A stretch of 64,000 bases of DNA from Candidatus Shapirobacteria bacterium (GCA_041658125.1 JBBAAS010000003.1:10830-74829), one strand, 5' to 3'. Counted from the first letter of the stretch, positions 1 to 9,394 are shown. Made by a program: numbers and translations. Notes: generated from the letters alone by a model not told the origin.

Positions 1-240
1 ATTTCTATTACTTTATTAGCTGCCACCGAAGCACCTGCTCCTGATCCGCAAACCAGTATTCCTTTAGTTTTTTCCCTTGCCACTAATTCAGCCAATTTAA
101 AAGTAATATCAGGGTAATCATCTTCTTTATCATATTCATTTGCCCCCAAATCCCGATACTCATAATGCTCTGTTTCCAGCCATTTTTTTATTTCCTCTTT
201 TAATCTAAACCCCCGATGATCCGCCCCAATATAAACCATA
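1..240 (-). CDS. rpiB: ribose-5-phosphate isomerase B, N-terminal part; the gene runs off the left edge of the window
   Basis: The reverse-strand translation begins MVYIGADHRGFRLKEEIKKWLETEHYEYRDLGANEYDKEDDYPDI...GILVCGSGAGASVAANK. This matches the RpiB/LacAB N-terminus (GADHxG and CGSGxG motifs). The ATG is at 238-240. Confidence 0.7.
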
Positions 241-262
241 TATACTATTATACTATCACCTT

Positions 263-964
263 ATGCCTACCATTTCCCTTGGCGGTCAAAAATTTTCCTA
301 TTCTATCAAAAAAAAGATCATTGACTCGCTTTCCTTGCGGCTAAAATCTACCAACTCTTTTTTAGTTACTTGTCCTTTTTTTGTTACTTCGTCATCGATT
401 GATCGCTTTATTCAAAATCATTCTTCATGGGTTATCAAAAATTCCGGTAAACTTGCTCCCCCCAAAAAACTAGCTTCGCTTAAAACAGTCTCCATTCTTG
501 GCAAAGGCTATCAAATAACGATAAGAAAAACGACTAGGGATTCAATGGTTATCTTTGAAAACGAACAAACAATTTATGCAAATTCTATTTTGCTGACCGA
601 AGCACACCTCCGCCATCTTTTTGACACTAAATTTCGGCCTCTGGCTCAAAAATTAATTAAGTCCGAACTTCATCAGCTTCAGTTCCAATTCGGTTTTCCT
701 TTTAAAAAAATCACTGTCAAAAATCAGTCATCCCTTTTTGGTTCCTGCTCTTCTGTCGGTAACCTCAATTTTAATTGGCAAATCATTTTTTTTTCACCCG
801 CTCAATTCCGCCATATTCTTTTACATGAACTAACCCATCTTTCAGTTAAGAATCATTCTCACCTATTTTGGCAAACCTTGTCAAAATACGATCCAAACTG
901 GCGTCAAAACCGTCTTTGGCTTAAAAAAGAAGGTTCCCGCCATTTTCTTATTTCCCACAAATAG
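263..964 (+). CDS. YgjP-like (DUF45/M48-like) zinc-dependent hydrolase
   Basis: HExxH motif in LLHELTHLSVKNHSHLFWQTL, which is typical of the YgjP/SprT-like family; about 230 aa. Confidence 0.55.
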   Translation: MPTISLGGQKFSYSIKKKIIDSLSLRLKSTNSFLVTCPFFVTSSSIDRFIQNHSSWVIKNSGKLAPPKKLASLKTVSILGKGYQITIRKTTRDSMVIFENEQTIYANSILLTEAHLRHLFDTKFRPLAQKLIKSELHQLQFQFGFPFKKITVKNQSSLFGSCSSVGNLNFNWQIIFFSPAQFRHILLHELTHLSVKNHSHLFWQTLSKYDPNWRQNRLWLKKEGSRHFLISHK

Positions 965-978
965 ATTAAAATCATCGC

Positions 979-1776
979 ATGAAAACTAAGACTTCCATTC
1001 TTATCCTTACTTTTTTCCTTTTAATTTATTTTGTTCCCAACCACCTTATCCACACCTTACCTTCACTCAATCACATTCTTTCTCTTGCTGGTCAATACGC
1101 CAATCCTAATCTTTCCGACTCTTCTTATCCCGACGATCTTGTGATCGCTCTTAATCAAGGTAACTTATCAATAAACCGTCCTTCTCCTTTTTGTCTTATT
1201 CTTGACCCTAAAACCAACTCCGGTCTAGTTTTTGACCAAAATGCCTCCCCTGATCCTTCTTCATATACTTCCAATAATTTTTATCCGAACCTTTGTCGAC
1301 CGTTTTTTCTTTTTGGTAAAAATTTTATCGTTTACCCCCAAGATCAAACTTTTATAGTTATTCAAAACCCTTCCTTTTATAATTTTTCTCTTAAAAAGTC
1401 GGATCTTCCAAAACTTATTCCTTTTTTAATTAAAGTCAGTCGGATTGTTTTTTACACGATACCCTTTTGGGGGACTTTTCTTGCTTTACTTTTTCTTCTT
1501 CTTAACAATTACTGGTACGCCTTTATCGCTTCCACTGCCTCAAAGATTTTTAAAATCGACACCACTGCGTCGATCAAAAAATATTATGGTTTAACCTTGT
1601 TTCTCTTTACTCTTTTAATTATTTTTGATTTGGTTATTATTGCCGCTCTTGAGACCATTTTTTCTACTAAGATTATTTATCCCTTTCCTCTCCGCAACAC
1701 CATTTTAATCACCGTATACACTCTTTACCGCCAGTCCAAAACGAAAACCCCTCCGCCACCGCCCATTTCTTCCTAA
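979..1776 (+). CDS. hypothetical membrane protein with a Pro-rich C-terminus
   Basis: ORF of 265 aa with several hydrophobic segments and a PPPPPISS tail; no recognisable family. Confidence 0.4.
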   Translation: MKTKTSILILTFFLLIYFVPNHLIHTLPSLNHILSLAGQYANPNLSDSSYPDDLVIALNQGNLSINRPSPFCLILDPKTNSGLVFDQNASPDPSSYTSNNFYPNLCRPFFLFGKNFIVYPQDQTFIVIQNPSFYNFSLKKSDLPKLIPFLIKVSRIVFYTIPFWGTFLALLFLLLNNYWYAFIASTASKIFKIDTTASIKKYYGLTLFLFTLLIIFDLVIIAALETIFSTKIIYPFPLRNTILITVYTLYRQSKTKTPPPPPISS

Positions 1777-2540
1777 ATTTCTATCTCTATTCCAATCGGA
1801 CAATGATCACTCCCGGTTACTTCCGGTAAAATAAACGCTTCTTTAACCTGATATTTTAAGCTCTCATCCACAAATACATAATCAATTCTCCAGCCGACAT
1901 TCCTTTTTCTGGCTCCGCCTCTTTGGCTCCACCACGAATATTGCACCTTGTTGCCATTTATTAGCCGATAAGTATCGACCCACCCGTTTTTGACGAGTAT
2001 GTCAATCCAGTCTCTTTCAACTTCCAAAAACCCCGAGATATTTTCATTTGCTTCCGGCCTGGCCAAATCTATGGCTTCATGGGCCGTATTTACATCTCCG
2101 GTAAATATCACTTTTTCTCCTCTTTCCCGTAGTTTATTAATATATTTCAAAAAATAATCGTAAAATTCCATTTTATATTGCAGCCTGCCCTTGTCTTTTT
2201 TACCATTGGGAAAATATACATTTAACAACGTAAATTCATCAAATTTAGTTATTAACACTCTGCCTTCGTCATCCCAATCGTTATCCCTGTCCCCGACAAT
2301 AACTTTTTTCGGTTCTATTTTTGTTAAAGTCATTACTCCGGCATACCCCGCTTTTTTGGCCGCGTTCCAATAGGGGAGATAACCGCTTGGGCACTCAATC
2401 ATCGGTATCTGTTCCGGAAAAGCCTTAACTTCCTGAAAACAATAAATTTCGGCTTTATCTTTTTTTACAAAATCCCATAATCCCTTTTTTATCGCCGCCC
2501 TCATCCCCGCCACGTTCCAGGAAATTATTCTTACTTTCAT
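1773..2540 (-). CDS. xth: exodeoxyribonuclease III / AP endonuclease
   Basis: MKVRIISWNVAGMRAAIKKG...CFQEVK...FTGDVNTAHEAIDL...GSDHCPIGIEIEI carries the ExoIII/EEP family motifs. Confidence 0.85.
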   Translation of the reverse strand: MKVRIISWNVAGMRAAIKKGLWDFVKKDKAEIYCFQEVKAFPEQIPMIECPSGYLPYWNAAKKAGYAGVMTLTKIEPKKVIVGDRDNDWDDEGRVLITKFDEFTLLNVYFPNGKKDKGRLQYKMEFYDYFLKYINKLRERGEKVIFTGDVNTAHEAIDLARPEANENISGFLEVERDWIDILVKNGWVDTYRLINGNKVQYSWWSQRGGARKRNVGWRIDYVFVDESLKYQVKEAFILPEVTGSDHCPIGIEIEI

Positions 2541-2561
2541 AACTAATTATATAATTCTTCT

Positions 2562-2996
2562 ATGGACCATGTCGCTATCATGAAAAAATCCTGGGGTCTT
2601 TTACCGAAAATCAAAACTGGTCAAAAAACTATTGAATCTCGTTGGTATCAAAACAAACACTTACCTTGGGACAAAATTACGATAGGGGATACTGTCTATT
2701 TCAAAGACTCCGGCTCTTTAATTACCACTAAGGCTATTGTCCAAAAAGTTCTTCAATTTGCCAACTTAACTCCTCAAAAAGTCACCGAAATTATTTATCA
2801 ATATGGCTCGCAAGATGGTTTAGCCACCAAAGATTATCCCCAATATATCGACTTATTTAAAAATAAAAACTATTGCCTTTTAATTTTTCTTCAAAATCCA
2901 CAAGAAGTTAATCCTTTTGATGTCGACAAAACCGGTTTTGGCGCCATGTCCGCCTGGATCACCATCCCCAATATTGACACTATAAAAAAACCTTAA
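2562..2996 (+). CDS. ASCH (PUA-like) domain protein
   Basis: 144 aa ORF with LLPKIKTGQKTIESRWY and ITIGDTVYFKDSG, an ASCH-like pattern. Confidence 0.4.
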   Translation: MDHVAIMKKSWGLLPKIKTGQKTIESRWYQNKHLPWDKITIGDTVYFKDSGSLITTKAIVQKVLQFANLTPQKVTEIIYQYGSQDGLATKDYPQYIDLFKNKNYCLLIFLQNPQEVNPFDVDKTGFGAMSAWITIPNIDTIKKP

Positions 2997-3010
2997 AACC
3001 ACTTATCTCT

Positions 3011-3019
3011 GGTATAATT
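3011..3019 (+). promoter_or_regulatory. putative extended -10 promoter (TGgTATAAT) upstream of the 3097 gene and tRNA-Tyr
   Basis: The sequence is ctcTGgTATAATttc, about 80 nt upstream of the ATG at 3097. Confidence 0.3.
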
Positions 3020-3096
3020 TCATCACTTCAGTAAAAAGAAACTAAATAAGGCGACAAACCAATTTAAATTGGTAATAAACGGTGTAGCATACCGTT

Positions 3097-3480
3097 ATGA
3101 AGTTCTTTAAAAATACCAAAAAGCAAGGAGATATGGGACTCGGAATGGCTATTTGCTATTTCACCAATATCGGATACACAGTAGGAATACCGCTAACGGA
3201 CAGCCAGGACTATGATTTAATCATTGATGACGGAAAAAGCCTCAAAAGAGTCCAAGTCAAAACATGTAGTTATAAAAGAAGAGCTTACGAAGTAAATTTA
3301 TCGATAAAAGGCGGGAATAGAACCAGTAGGGGAAAAATTAAACGTTTCGATAATACCAAATGTGTTTTTATTTTTATAGTAACCGAAACCCTTGAAAAAT
3401 ATCTCATTCCCAGTAAGGAACTTAAAGCCAGATCTAATTTGGTTTTAGGACCGAAATACAAAAAATATTTATTAAAATAA
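3097..3480 (+). CDS. YraN/Hjc-like PD-(D/E)XK family nuclease (UPF0102-like)
   Basis: GDMGLGMAICYFTNIGYTVGIPLTDSQDYDLIIDDGKSLKRVQVKT fits the D...D/E-x-K pattern and the spacing seen in YraN/Hjc-type resolvase-like nucleases; 127 aa. Confidence 0.35.
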   Translation: MKFFKNTKKQGDMGLGMAICYFTNIGYTVGIPLTDSQDYDLIIDDGKSLKRVQVKTCSYKRRAYEVNLSIKGGNRTSRGKIKRFDNTKCVFIFIVTETLEKYLIPSKELKARSNLVLGPKYKKYLLK

Positions 3481-3555
3481 CCAGCGGTGACCGAACGGTT
3501 AGGTGATGGTCTGTAAAACCATTTTGAGCAGGTTCGACTCCTGCCCGCTGGACCA
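3481..3555 (+). tRNA. tRNA-Tyr (anticodon GUA) with encoded CCA, of class I (short variable arm) design
   Basis: Acceptor stem CCAGCGG/CCGCTGG, anticodon stem ATGGT/ACCAT, anticodon loop CTGTAAA, 5-nt variable loop, T-arm GCAGG-TTCGACT-CCTGC, then A73 and CCA. The first pair is C1:G72. Confidence 0.8.
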
Positions 3556-3763
3556 AATGTCTCAACCTGATATCCATTCACCTTTTTCAGTTTCTAAAGC
3601 CCCTTCTGAGTCTGATTATTATCGTGCCAATAGTCAATGCCTTTGTGACATTTGTCAAAAACCATACTGGAGGCATTCTTTCGAAACGGACCCTAAGTAT
3701 CTAGATAATAATCAACAACCATTTCTAATCAGATTGTGTAATGGTGATTTAGTGAAACTTTAG

Positions 3764-4687
3764 CTATCCGATAAACCCCTCAATCAATTCCGCCACTTCC
3801 CTCGGCTTTTCTACTGTCACTATATGTCCCGCTTCTTCTATTTCCACAAACCCATAATCTCCTAAATCTTTTAAAGCCATTTTGGCTTGACCACAACTAC
3901 ACAACTTGTCGTGTTTTCCAAAAATAAACAATATTGGCCTTTGGTTGCCGACAATCATTTCTTCAATTTTTTGCCTGGCGATATCCGCCCCCATCTGCAC
4001 ATAAGCCTCTTTTGATGCTTTTTTTCTCCCTACAGTTCCATAGTTTTTAATAAGTTCCTTGTCAAATTTATACATATTTACATATTTTGAAGTCAAATAG
4101 GCATACCAGTTTTTATCCACCACTTTTTTTGCTACGGTTTTTAGTCTGTCTCTTTTGTCCAAAAAATTATAAAACTTTTCCGTTACTTTCATCCCTCTTT
4201 CTTTGTTTCCGTTTTTTACCACCGCTCCTACCAATATTGCCCCCGTTGCTTTTTTTGGATGATTTTTCAAAAAATCGGATACTATAAATGTTCCCATCGA
4301 ATGGCCCAAAATATAAAAATTTTTCAGTTTTAACTCATCAATAAACTTATTCACATATTCCGCTAAAATTTTTACCGAATATTTTGGTAATCTGTCGCTG
4401 TCGCCATACCCCGGCAAATCCATCAGTATCACTCTGTGTTTTTTCATCAGTTCCACCCCAAGCGGAATAAACCCCATCCAATTATTGGTCCAGCCATGGA
4501 TGCAAACGATTGTTGGTCCTTCGGTTATTCTGGTCTTGGTTTCAGCATAGTTTACGGCGACATTTCCTACTTTTATTTTTTTTTCACAAAAGTTTTCACT
4601 TCCGGAAACTTTCGTGTTATCTTTAGCCATCATCCTATGTATCTTACCAAACTCACTCTGGACAATTTCCGCTCTTATCGGAGTCAA
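3764..4687 (-). CDS. alpha/beta-fold hydrolase
   Basis: GHSMGT nucleophile elbow (GxSxG) and an HGW oxyanion-region motif. The likely true start is the internal MMAKD at about 4636, so the gene would not overlap recF. Confidence 0.65.
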   Translation of the reverse strand: MTPIRAEIVQSEFGKIHRMMAKDNTKVSGSENFCEKKIKVGNVAVNYAETKTRITEGPTIVCIHGWTNNWMGFIPLGVELMKKHRVILMDLPGYGDSDRLPKYSVKILAEYVNKFIDELKLKNFYILGHSMGTFIVSDFLKNHPKKATGAILVGAVVKNGNKERGMKVTEKFYNFLDKRDRLKTVAKKVVDKNWYAYLTSKYVNMYKFDKELIKNYGTVGRKKASKEAYVQMGADIARQKIEEMIVGNQRPILFIFGKHDKLCSCGQAKMALKDLGDYGFVEIEEAGHIVTVEKPREVAELIEGFIG

Positions 4688-5698
4688 AGTTTTGATCTTG
4701 ATCCCAAAATTAACCTAATTATCGGCCCCAATGGCTCCGGGAAAAGCAATATTCTTGAGTCAATTTATCTTTTGGCCTCCGGGAAAAGTTTTCGCTCCTC
4801 ATCACTTTCTAAATTAGTCAATTGGAATTCCTCCTTTTCTCTGATCCGGGGGGTCTTGTTGAAAAATAACGAAAATATTAATCTCGAAGTTCAATTAACT
4901 AAAGATCCGGCCAAGGCTAGTACTCTCCGCCGTTTTCTAATTGAGTCTGTTCCTAAAACCAGGGCCAAATACCTTGGTGTTCTCAAAACCGTTATTTTTC
5001 ACCCTGAAGATATCCGTTTGGTTACCGGTTCTCCTTCCCGTCGCCGCGAATTTTTGGACAGCATTTTTCAAACCTCACAATGGCGCTACACTTCCGCTCT
5101 TTCCCAATATAATCGGGCTCTTAAGCATCGAAACGAGCTATTGGATCAAATTCGTCTTGGTAAAAATCAAAAATCCGAAACTTTTTACTGGGACCAGTCG
5201 CTTGTTAAAAATTCTGAAATTATTCATCAGCATCGGCAGGATTTCATCGAATCTGTTAATTATTTTTTTACCACTCATCCCAACTCTGAAATTTCTACCA
5301 TTTCCATAAACTATTATCCCTCCATTCTCACTCCCGAAAAACTTCAAAACAATTTTGCTCACGATCTTGATCGGGGCTACACCCAGTTTGGTCCCCATCG
5401 GGATGATTTCACTTTTGACAATTCAGTTTTTCCTTCAGCCGATAAAAATTTAGCTTTTTGGGGCAGTCGTGGCCAGCAACGGTTGGCTACTTTGGCTCTT
5501 CGTTTGGCTCAAATCGATTATTTCCATCGCACCTATTCAGAAAGCCCCATTCTTCTTCTTGATGATATTTTTTCCGAGCTTGATTATCACCATCGTAATT
5601 TAGTCACCAAAGTTTGTCAAAAATATCAAACGATTTTCACTTCTTCCGAAGAAGGTATCATTTCCATTCTTCCCAAAGCCCATGTTATCCGTCTATAA
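4637..5698 (+). CDS. recF: DNA replication and repair protein RecF
   Basis: MYLTKLTLDNFRSYRSQSFDLDPKINLIIGPNGSGKSNILESIYLL (Walker A) and a C-terminal LLLDDIFSELD. The upstream part of the longer track ORF is frame read-through. Confidence 0.85.
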   Translation: MYLTKLTLDNFRSYRSQSFDLDPKINLIIGPNGSGKSNILESIYLLASGKSFRSSSLSKLVNWNSSFSLIRGVLLKNNENINLEVQLTKDPAKASTLRRFLIESVPKTRAKYLGVLKTVIFHPEDIRLVTGSPSRRREFLDSIFQTSQWRYTSALSQYNRALKHRNELLDQIRLGKNQKSETFYWDQSLVKNSEIIHQHRQDFIESVNYFFTTHPNSEISTISINYYPSILTPEKLQNNFAHDLDRGYTQFGPHRDDFTFDNSVFPSADKNLAFWGSRGQQRLATLALRLAQIDYFHRTYSESPILLLDDIFSELDYHHRNLVTKVCQKYQTIFTSSEEGIISILPKAHVIRL

Positions 5699-5707
5699 TA
5701 ATTAAAG

Positions 5708-6145
5708 ATGTTAACCCAAAGCGAAATTCAAAATTTAATTAAAACCGCCAAACTTACTCGTCGTCATACTTTTAGCCATGTTTCTAATCATAAAATTGGC
5801 GCCAGTGTTCTCACTGCTGACGGTTTTTACTTCGGTGGTTGCATTACTAAGGGTTTTATCTCCGGCCTTGGTATTTGTGCCGAACGCTCGGCCATCAATC
5901 ATGCCGTTGTTCACGGCCACTACCAATTCCAGGCTCTCTGTGTTGTTGACACCAGTCTTACTTATCCTTGCGGTGCCTGTCTTCAGTTTTTAATGCAATT
6001 TTACCAGGTTGATTATCGGGATATCGATATTATTATTGCCGATATTCACGGTAAATATAAAGTTACTTCTCTTCTTGAACTTCTGCCACACGGCTATCAA
6101 ACCACCAAAAACCTCCGCCGCATCAAAAAATACCAAAAGTTCTAA
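5708..6145 (+). CDS. cdd: cytidine deaminase
   Basis: CAERSAI and PCGACLQF zinc-binding motifs of the CDA family; 145 aa. Confidence 0.75.
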   Translation: MLTQSEIQNLIKTAKLTRRHTFSHVSNHKIGASVLTADGFYFGGCITKGFISGLGICAERSAINHAVVHGHYQFQALCVVDTSLTYPCGACLQFLMQFYQVDYRDIDIIIADIHGKYKVTSLLELLPHGYQTTKNLRRIKKYQKF

Positions 6146-6175
6146 GCTATCTTCCTAGTGTATTTTTTCCCATCT

Positions 6176-6187
6176 TGTACTATAATA
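6176..6187 (+). promoter_or_regulatory. putative -10 region (TATAAT) of the rRNA promoter
   Basis: cttgtacTATAATact lies about 140 nt upstream of the mature 16S 5' end; no convincing -35 box. Confidence 0.25.
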
Positions 6188-6252
6188 CTTCTACTTTCCG
6201 CCAAGGGCGGATTTTTGATCATTAACAATCAGCGTTCTTGAAGTCATGGTTG

Positions 6253-6266
6253 TCAGTGCCAGAAGA
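6253..6266 (+). promoter_or_regulatory. 5' half of the pre-16S processing stem; it pairs with 7842-7855
   Basis: Leader gtcagtgccagaag is complementary to trailer cttctggtactgac (one G:U), a typical RNase III processing helix flanking 16S. Confidence 0.45.
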
Positions 6267-6327
6267 TGACACCGATAATTTCGGTTTTCATTTTCATTTT
6301 TTCCCGATTGTATCGGGATTCGTACTA

Positions 6328-7796
6328 AGAGTTTGATCGTGGCTCAGGGTGAACGCTGGCGGTGTGCCTAAGACATGCAAGTTGAACGGTCCCGATGATC
6401 CCCGCAAGGGGGCTATCGGGACAGTGGCGAACGGGTGAGTAATGGATAGGAACGTACCTCCCAGAGGGACATAGCCCCGCGAAAGCGGGGGTAATTTCCC
6501 ATATTCCCGCAAGGGGAAAGATGCAAATCACTGGAAGAGCGGCCTATTTGCTACCAGCTAGTTGGTGGGGTAATGGCCTACCAAGGCGATGACGGCTAAC
6601 GGCTCTTAGCGGAGAGTCCGTCACAATGGGACTGAGACACGGCCCATACACCTACGGGTGGCAGCAGTTAGGAATTTTGCGCAATGGACGAAAGTCTGAC
6701 GCAGCGACACCGCGTGGAGGATGACAGCCCTCGGGTTGTAAACTCCTTTTCTTTGATATTACTTTCAGAGGAATAAGTAGCTACTAACTACGTGCCAGCA
6801 GTCGCGGTAATACGTAGGCTACAAGCGTTACCCGGTTTTATTGGGTGTAAAGGGTCTGTAGGTGGTTTTTTAAGTCTTGTTTCAAAGACTCCGACTCAAT
6901 CGGAGGAAGGGGCAGGATACTGGGAAACTAGAGTTATATCGGAGTTACTGGAATTTGTAGTGTAGGGGTAAAATCCGTGGATACTACAAAGAACACCAAG
7001 CGCGAAGGCGGGTAACTAGGTATTTACTGACACTTAAAGACGAAAGCTAGGGGATCAAATCAGATTAGAGACCTGAGTAGTCCTAGCCGTAAACTATGTC
7101 TGTTAATTTTTCTCGGCTTTTGCCGGGGGAGGTGTAAGCTAACGCGTTAAACAGACCACCTGGGGAGTATAGCCGCAAGGCCGAAACTCAAACGAATTGG
7201 CGGGGAGGCGCACAACCAGTGGAGCATGTGGTTCAATTCGATACTAAGCGATGAACCTTACCTGGGTTTGAAATCCTGCTGCAAGCCCGCAGAAACGCGG
7301 GCCCCCTTCGAGGGTGCAGGACAGGTGTTGCATGGCTGTCGTCAGCTCGTGACGTGAGTTGTTCTCTTAAGTGAGGTAACGAGCGCAACCCCCATCCGGT
7401 GTTACTGTGTCACCGGAGACTGCCCAGCATTATTTTTGTTGGGAGGAAGGAGGGGACGACGTCAAGTCAGCATGATCCTTATGTCCAGGGCTACACACAT
7501 CCTACAATGGGCTTTACAAAGGGTTGCTAAACCGCGAGGTCAAGCTAATCCCTAAAAGAGCCCCCAGTTGGGACTGCAGGCTGAAACTCGCCTGCACGAA
7601 CTCGGAATTGGTAGTAATCGCACATCAGCAGCGTGCGGTGAATACGTTCTCGCCTCTTGCACACACTGCCCGTCAAATCAGCAAAGTTGAAGGTACCCAA
7701 AACTTCCGTTTATTCGGGAACTAAGGTAAAGTCAGCGATGAGGGTTAAGTCGTAACAAGGTATCCGTACTGGAAGGTGCGGATGGATCACCTCCTT
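6328..7796 (+). rRNA. rrs: 16S ribosomal RNA, about 1.47 kb, not followed by a 23S gene
   Basis: Begins AGAGTTTGATCgTGGCTCAG and ends GGATCACCTCCTT. Internal landmarks GTGCCAGCAGtCGCGGTAA and GcACACACtGCCCGTCA are present. It is a bacterial type with primer-site mismatches. Confidence 0.9.
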
Positions 7797-7870
7797 TGAG
7801 GATTTGTCCCGATCGAAAGATTGGGACCATGAATCGAACTCTTCTGGTACTGACAATCTGACTTCAAACA

Positions 7871-7898
7871 AAAAACTCCCGTAATGGGAGTTTTTTTG
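7871..7898. terminator. intrinsic terminator immediately after 16S; possibly bidirectional, also serving the minus gene that ends at 7917
   Basis: aaaaaACTCCCgtaatGGGAGTttttttt: a GC stem of 6 bp followed by a T-run, with an A-run on the other side. Confidence 0.55.
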
Positions 7899-7916
7899 GT
7901 GTTGAAAAAAAGTAAA

Positions 7917-8642
7917 TCAAGGCAATATTTTCTCGATTCGGGAAAAAATAGCCGAAACAGTCGACATTTCCTCAGAACCTTTTTCTGCATAATAGCTGAT
8001 AGAAATATCAACTATCGCTCCTGCTTTCACATTATATGAAGTATAGTCACGGGTAAGGGTACCTGCGGGTTTAAAATAACCATCGCCTACATAATATTTA
8101 TTACCATTAAACTTTTTAGCCACAACAGTCTGAGGATTCTCTAATATATTGCATCCCCAATCGCTACACTGGGCTTCTACCTCATTTTTTCCTACTTTCA
8201 AACTATTCAGCCATTTTTTCCAATTATCCAAATCCACTATCCATTCAGAGCCTTCGTATGCACTCTTAAACTTATCCCCTAATTCATATTTGTAAACATT
8301 AACCCGAAGAGTAATCGGCTTCGACAAATCAGTTATAATTTTTGACAAATCAACATTTCCGCTATGATAAATATCCACTTCATCCAGTTTTCCGTTGTAA
8401 ACAATATTACCCTCGCCGATAGCCTTAAATAAATCTTCAATCATCAATAAGCTGTTTATTGAAACAGTTGGCAACGCTTCTTTTTGGACAATAGTCGGCT
8501 CAATAATTGTTGACGTTGGGCCACAATCAATAATTTCCAATTTTCTGATAACATTTTGTTGCCAAAAATATACTCCGCCTCCGCCCACCACCACTGCCGC
8601 TACCAGACTGACAATATAAGGAATTAGATACTTCTTACTCAT
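7917..8642 (-). CDS. hypothetical secreted or membrane-anchored protein
   Basis: N-terminal TM segment (IVSLVAAVVVGGGGVYFW); no recognisable domain. Confidence 0.45.
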   Translation of the reverse strand: MSKKYLIPYIVSLVAAVVVGGGGVYFWQQNVIRKLEIIDCGPTSTIIEPTIVQKEALPTVSINSLLMIEDLFKAIGEGNIVYNGKLDEVDIYHSGNVDLSKIITDLSKPITLRVNVYKYELGDKFKSAYEGSEWIVDLDNWKKWLNSLKVGKNEVEAQCSDWGCNILENPQTVVAKKFNGNKYYVGDGYFKPAGTLTRDYTSYNVKAGAIVDISISYYAEKGSEEMSTVSAIFSRIEKILP

Positions 8643-8953
8643 AGTATCGTCACTCCCAGCACCACTTCCACAATCTGCACAATAAAATAGCTCACAAAAA
8701 TAATCAAAAACCCGATCAATCCTGCTGTTATTTTTCCGTATCCTTCCTTAATTTTATTTTGGTCTCCTGCCGAAGTCATCAATGTCAGTCCTCCCGACAC
8801 CAGCACTACCAACAAGCACAACCCTGCTAATCCATAAACATACGGCAACAATTGTGACACCAAAAGACCGACATTTCTGAATCTGCCGGCCACCGGATCA
8901 GCAATAAAAATATCATCCATTATTCCTTGTGCCAATACTTTTTTAATAAACAT
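8639..8953 (-). CDS. small two-helix membrane protein, pilin-like (TrbC/VirB2-type architecture)
   Basis: 104 aa with a hydrophobic helix, a short charged loop (SAGDQNKIKEGYGK) and a second hydrophobic helix to the C-terminus. It is a paralogue of the next gene. Confidence 0.35.
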   Translation of the reverse strand: MFIKKVLAQGIMDDIFIADPVAGRFRNVGLLVSQLLPYVYGLAGLCLLVVLVSGGLTLMTSAGDQNKIKEGYGKITAGLIGFLIIFVSYFIVQIVEVVLGVTIL

Positions 8954-8954
8954 C

Positions 8955-9368
8955 TTAAAATCCCGGAATTTTTAATATATCTCTCCCAATCAAGCTTAGC
9001 AAAAACAACGATCCGATACATATTACCAGCCCCGTAATTGCCGACGTTACCGTTTCCTTTGCGCCCTGAACTACTTTTGGATCGCCTTTCGACATCGACA
9101 TTTGGATAAATCCATAAATCATCAGCAATAGTGCAATTCCTCCGGTGATTCCAAATAATTTTGGTAGTAACCACAGCATAAAATCTTTCATCTGTACCGG
9201 GACACAACCCAACGCCGTATACACTCTTGGAAAATTTAAATCAGGCGCTCCGGATGGATTTCCCGATGCATCGCAAAAAGTACTCGTCGCCAAACTTATT
9301 TTCGTCAGGCTAAAAAACACCGCTGGTGCAGTCAAAAAACCGGTTAATTTTCCCCACTTCATCCCCAA
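8955..9368 (-). CDS. small secreted two-helix membrane protein, pilin-like
   Basis: Signal-peptide-like N-terminus, then helix, loop (SMSKGDPKVVQGAKE) and a helix running to the C-terminus. Confidence 0.35.
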   Translation of the reverse strand: MGMKWGKLTGFLTAPAVFFSLTKISLATSTFCDASGNPSGAPDLNFPRVYTALGCVPVQMKDFMLWLLPKLFGITGGIALLLMIYGFIQMSMSKGDPKVVQGAKETVTSAITGLVICIGSLFLLSLIGRDILKIPGF

Positions 9369-9394
9369 AGTATATCAAATGTTAGAATTAATTT

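Noticed and set aside
3503-3763. 86-aa ORF from the track
   Set aside because: It starts inside the tRNA-Tyr gene and covers low-complexity intergenic sequence, so it is very likely spurious.
2191-5926. Short antisense or overlapping ORFs (2191-2373, 3285-3581, 4087-4287, 4941-5309, 5138-5398, 5735-5926, 5778-5993)
   Set aside because: They are embedded in well-supported genes on the opposite strand or in alternative frames. There is no independent support such as motifs or start context.
6294-7724. ORFs 6294-6512, 6325-6531 and 7524-7724 from the track
   Set aside because: They lie entirely within the 16S rRNA gene and are artefacts of six-frame translation.
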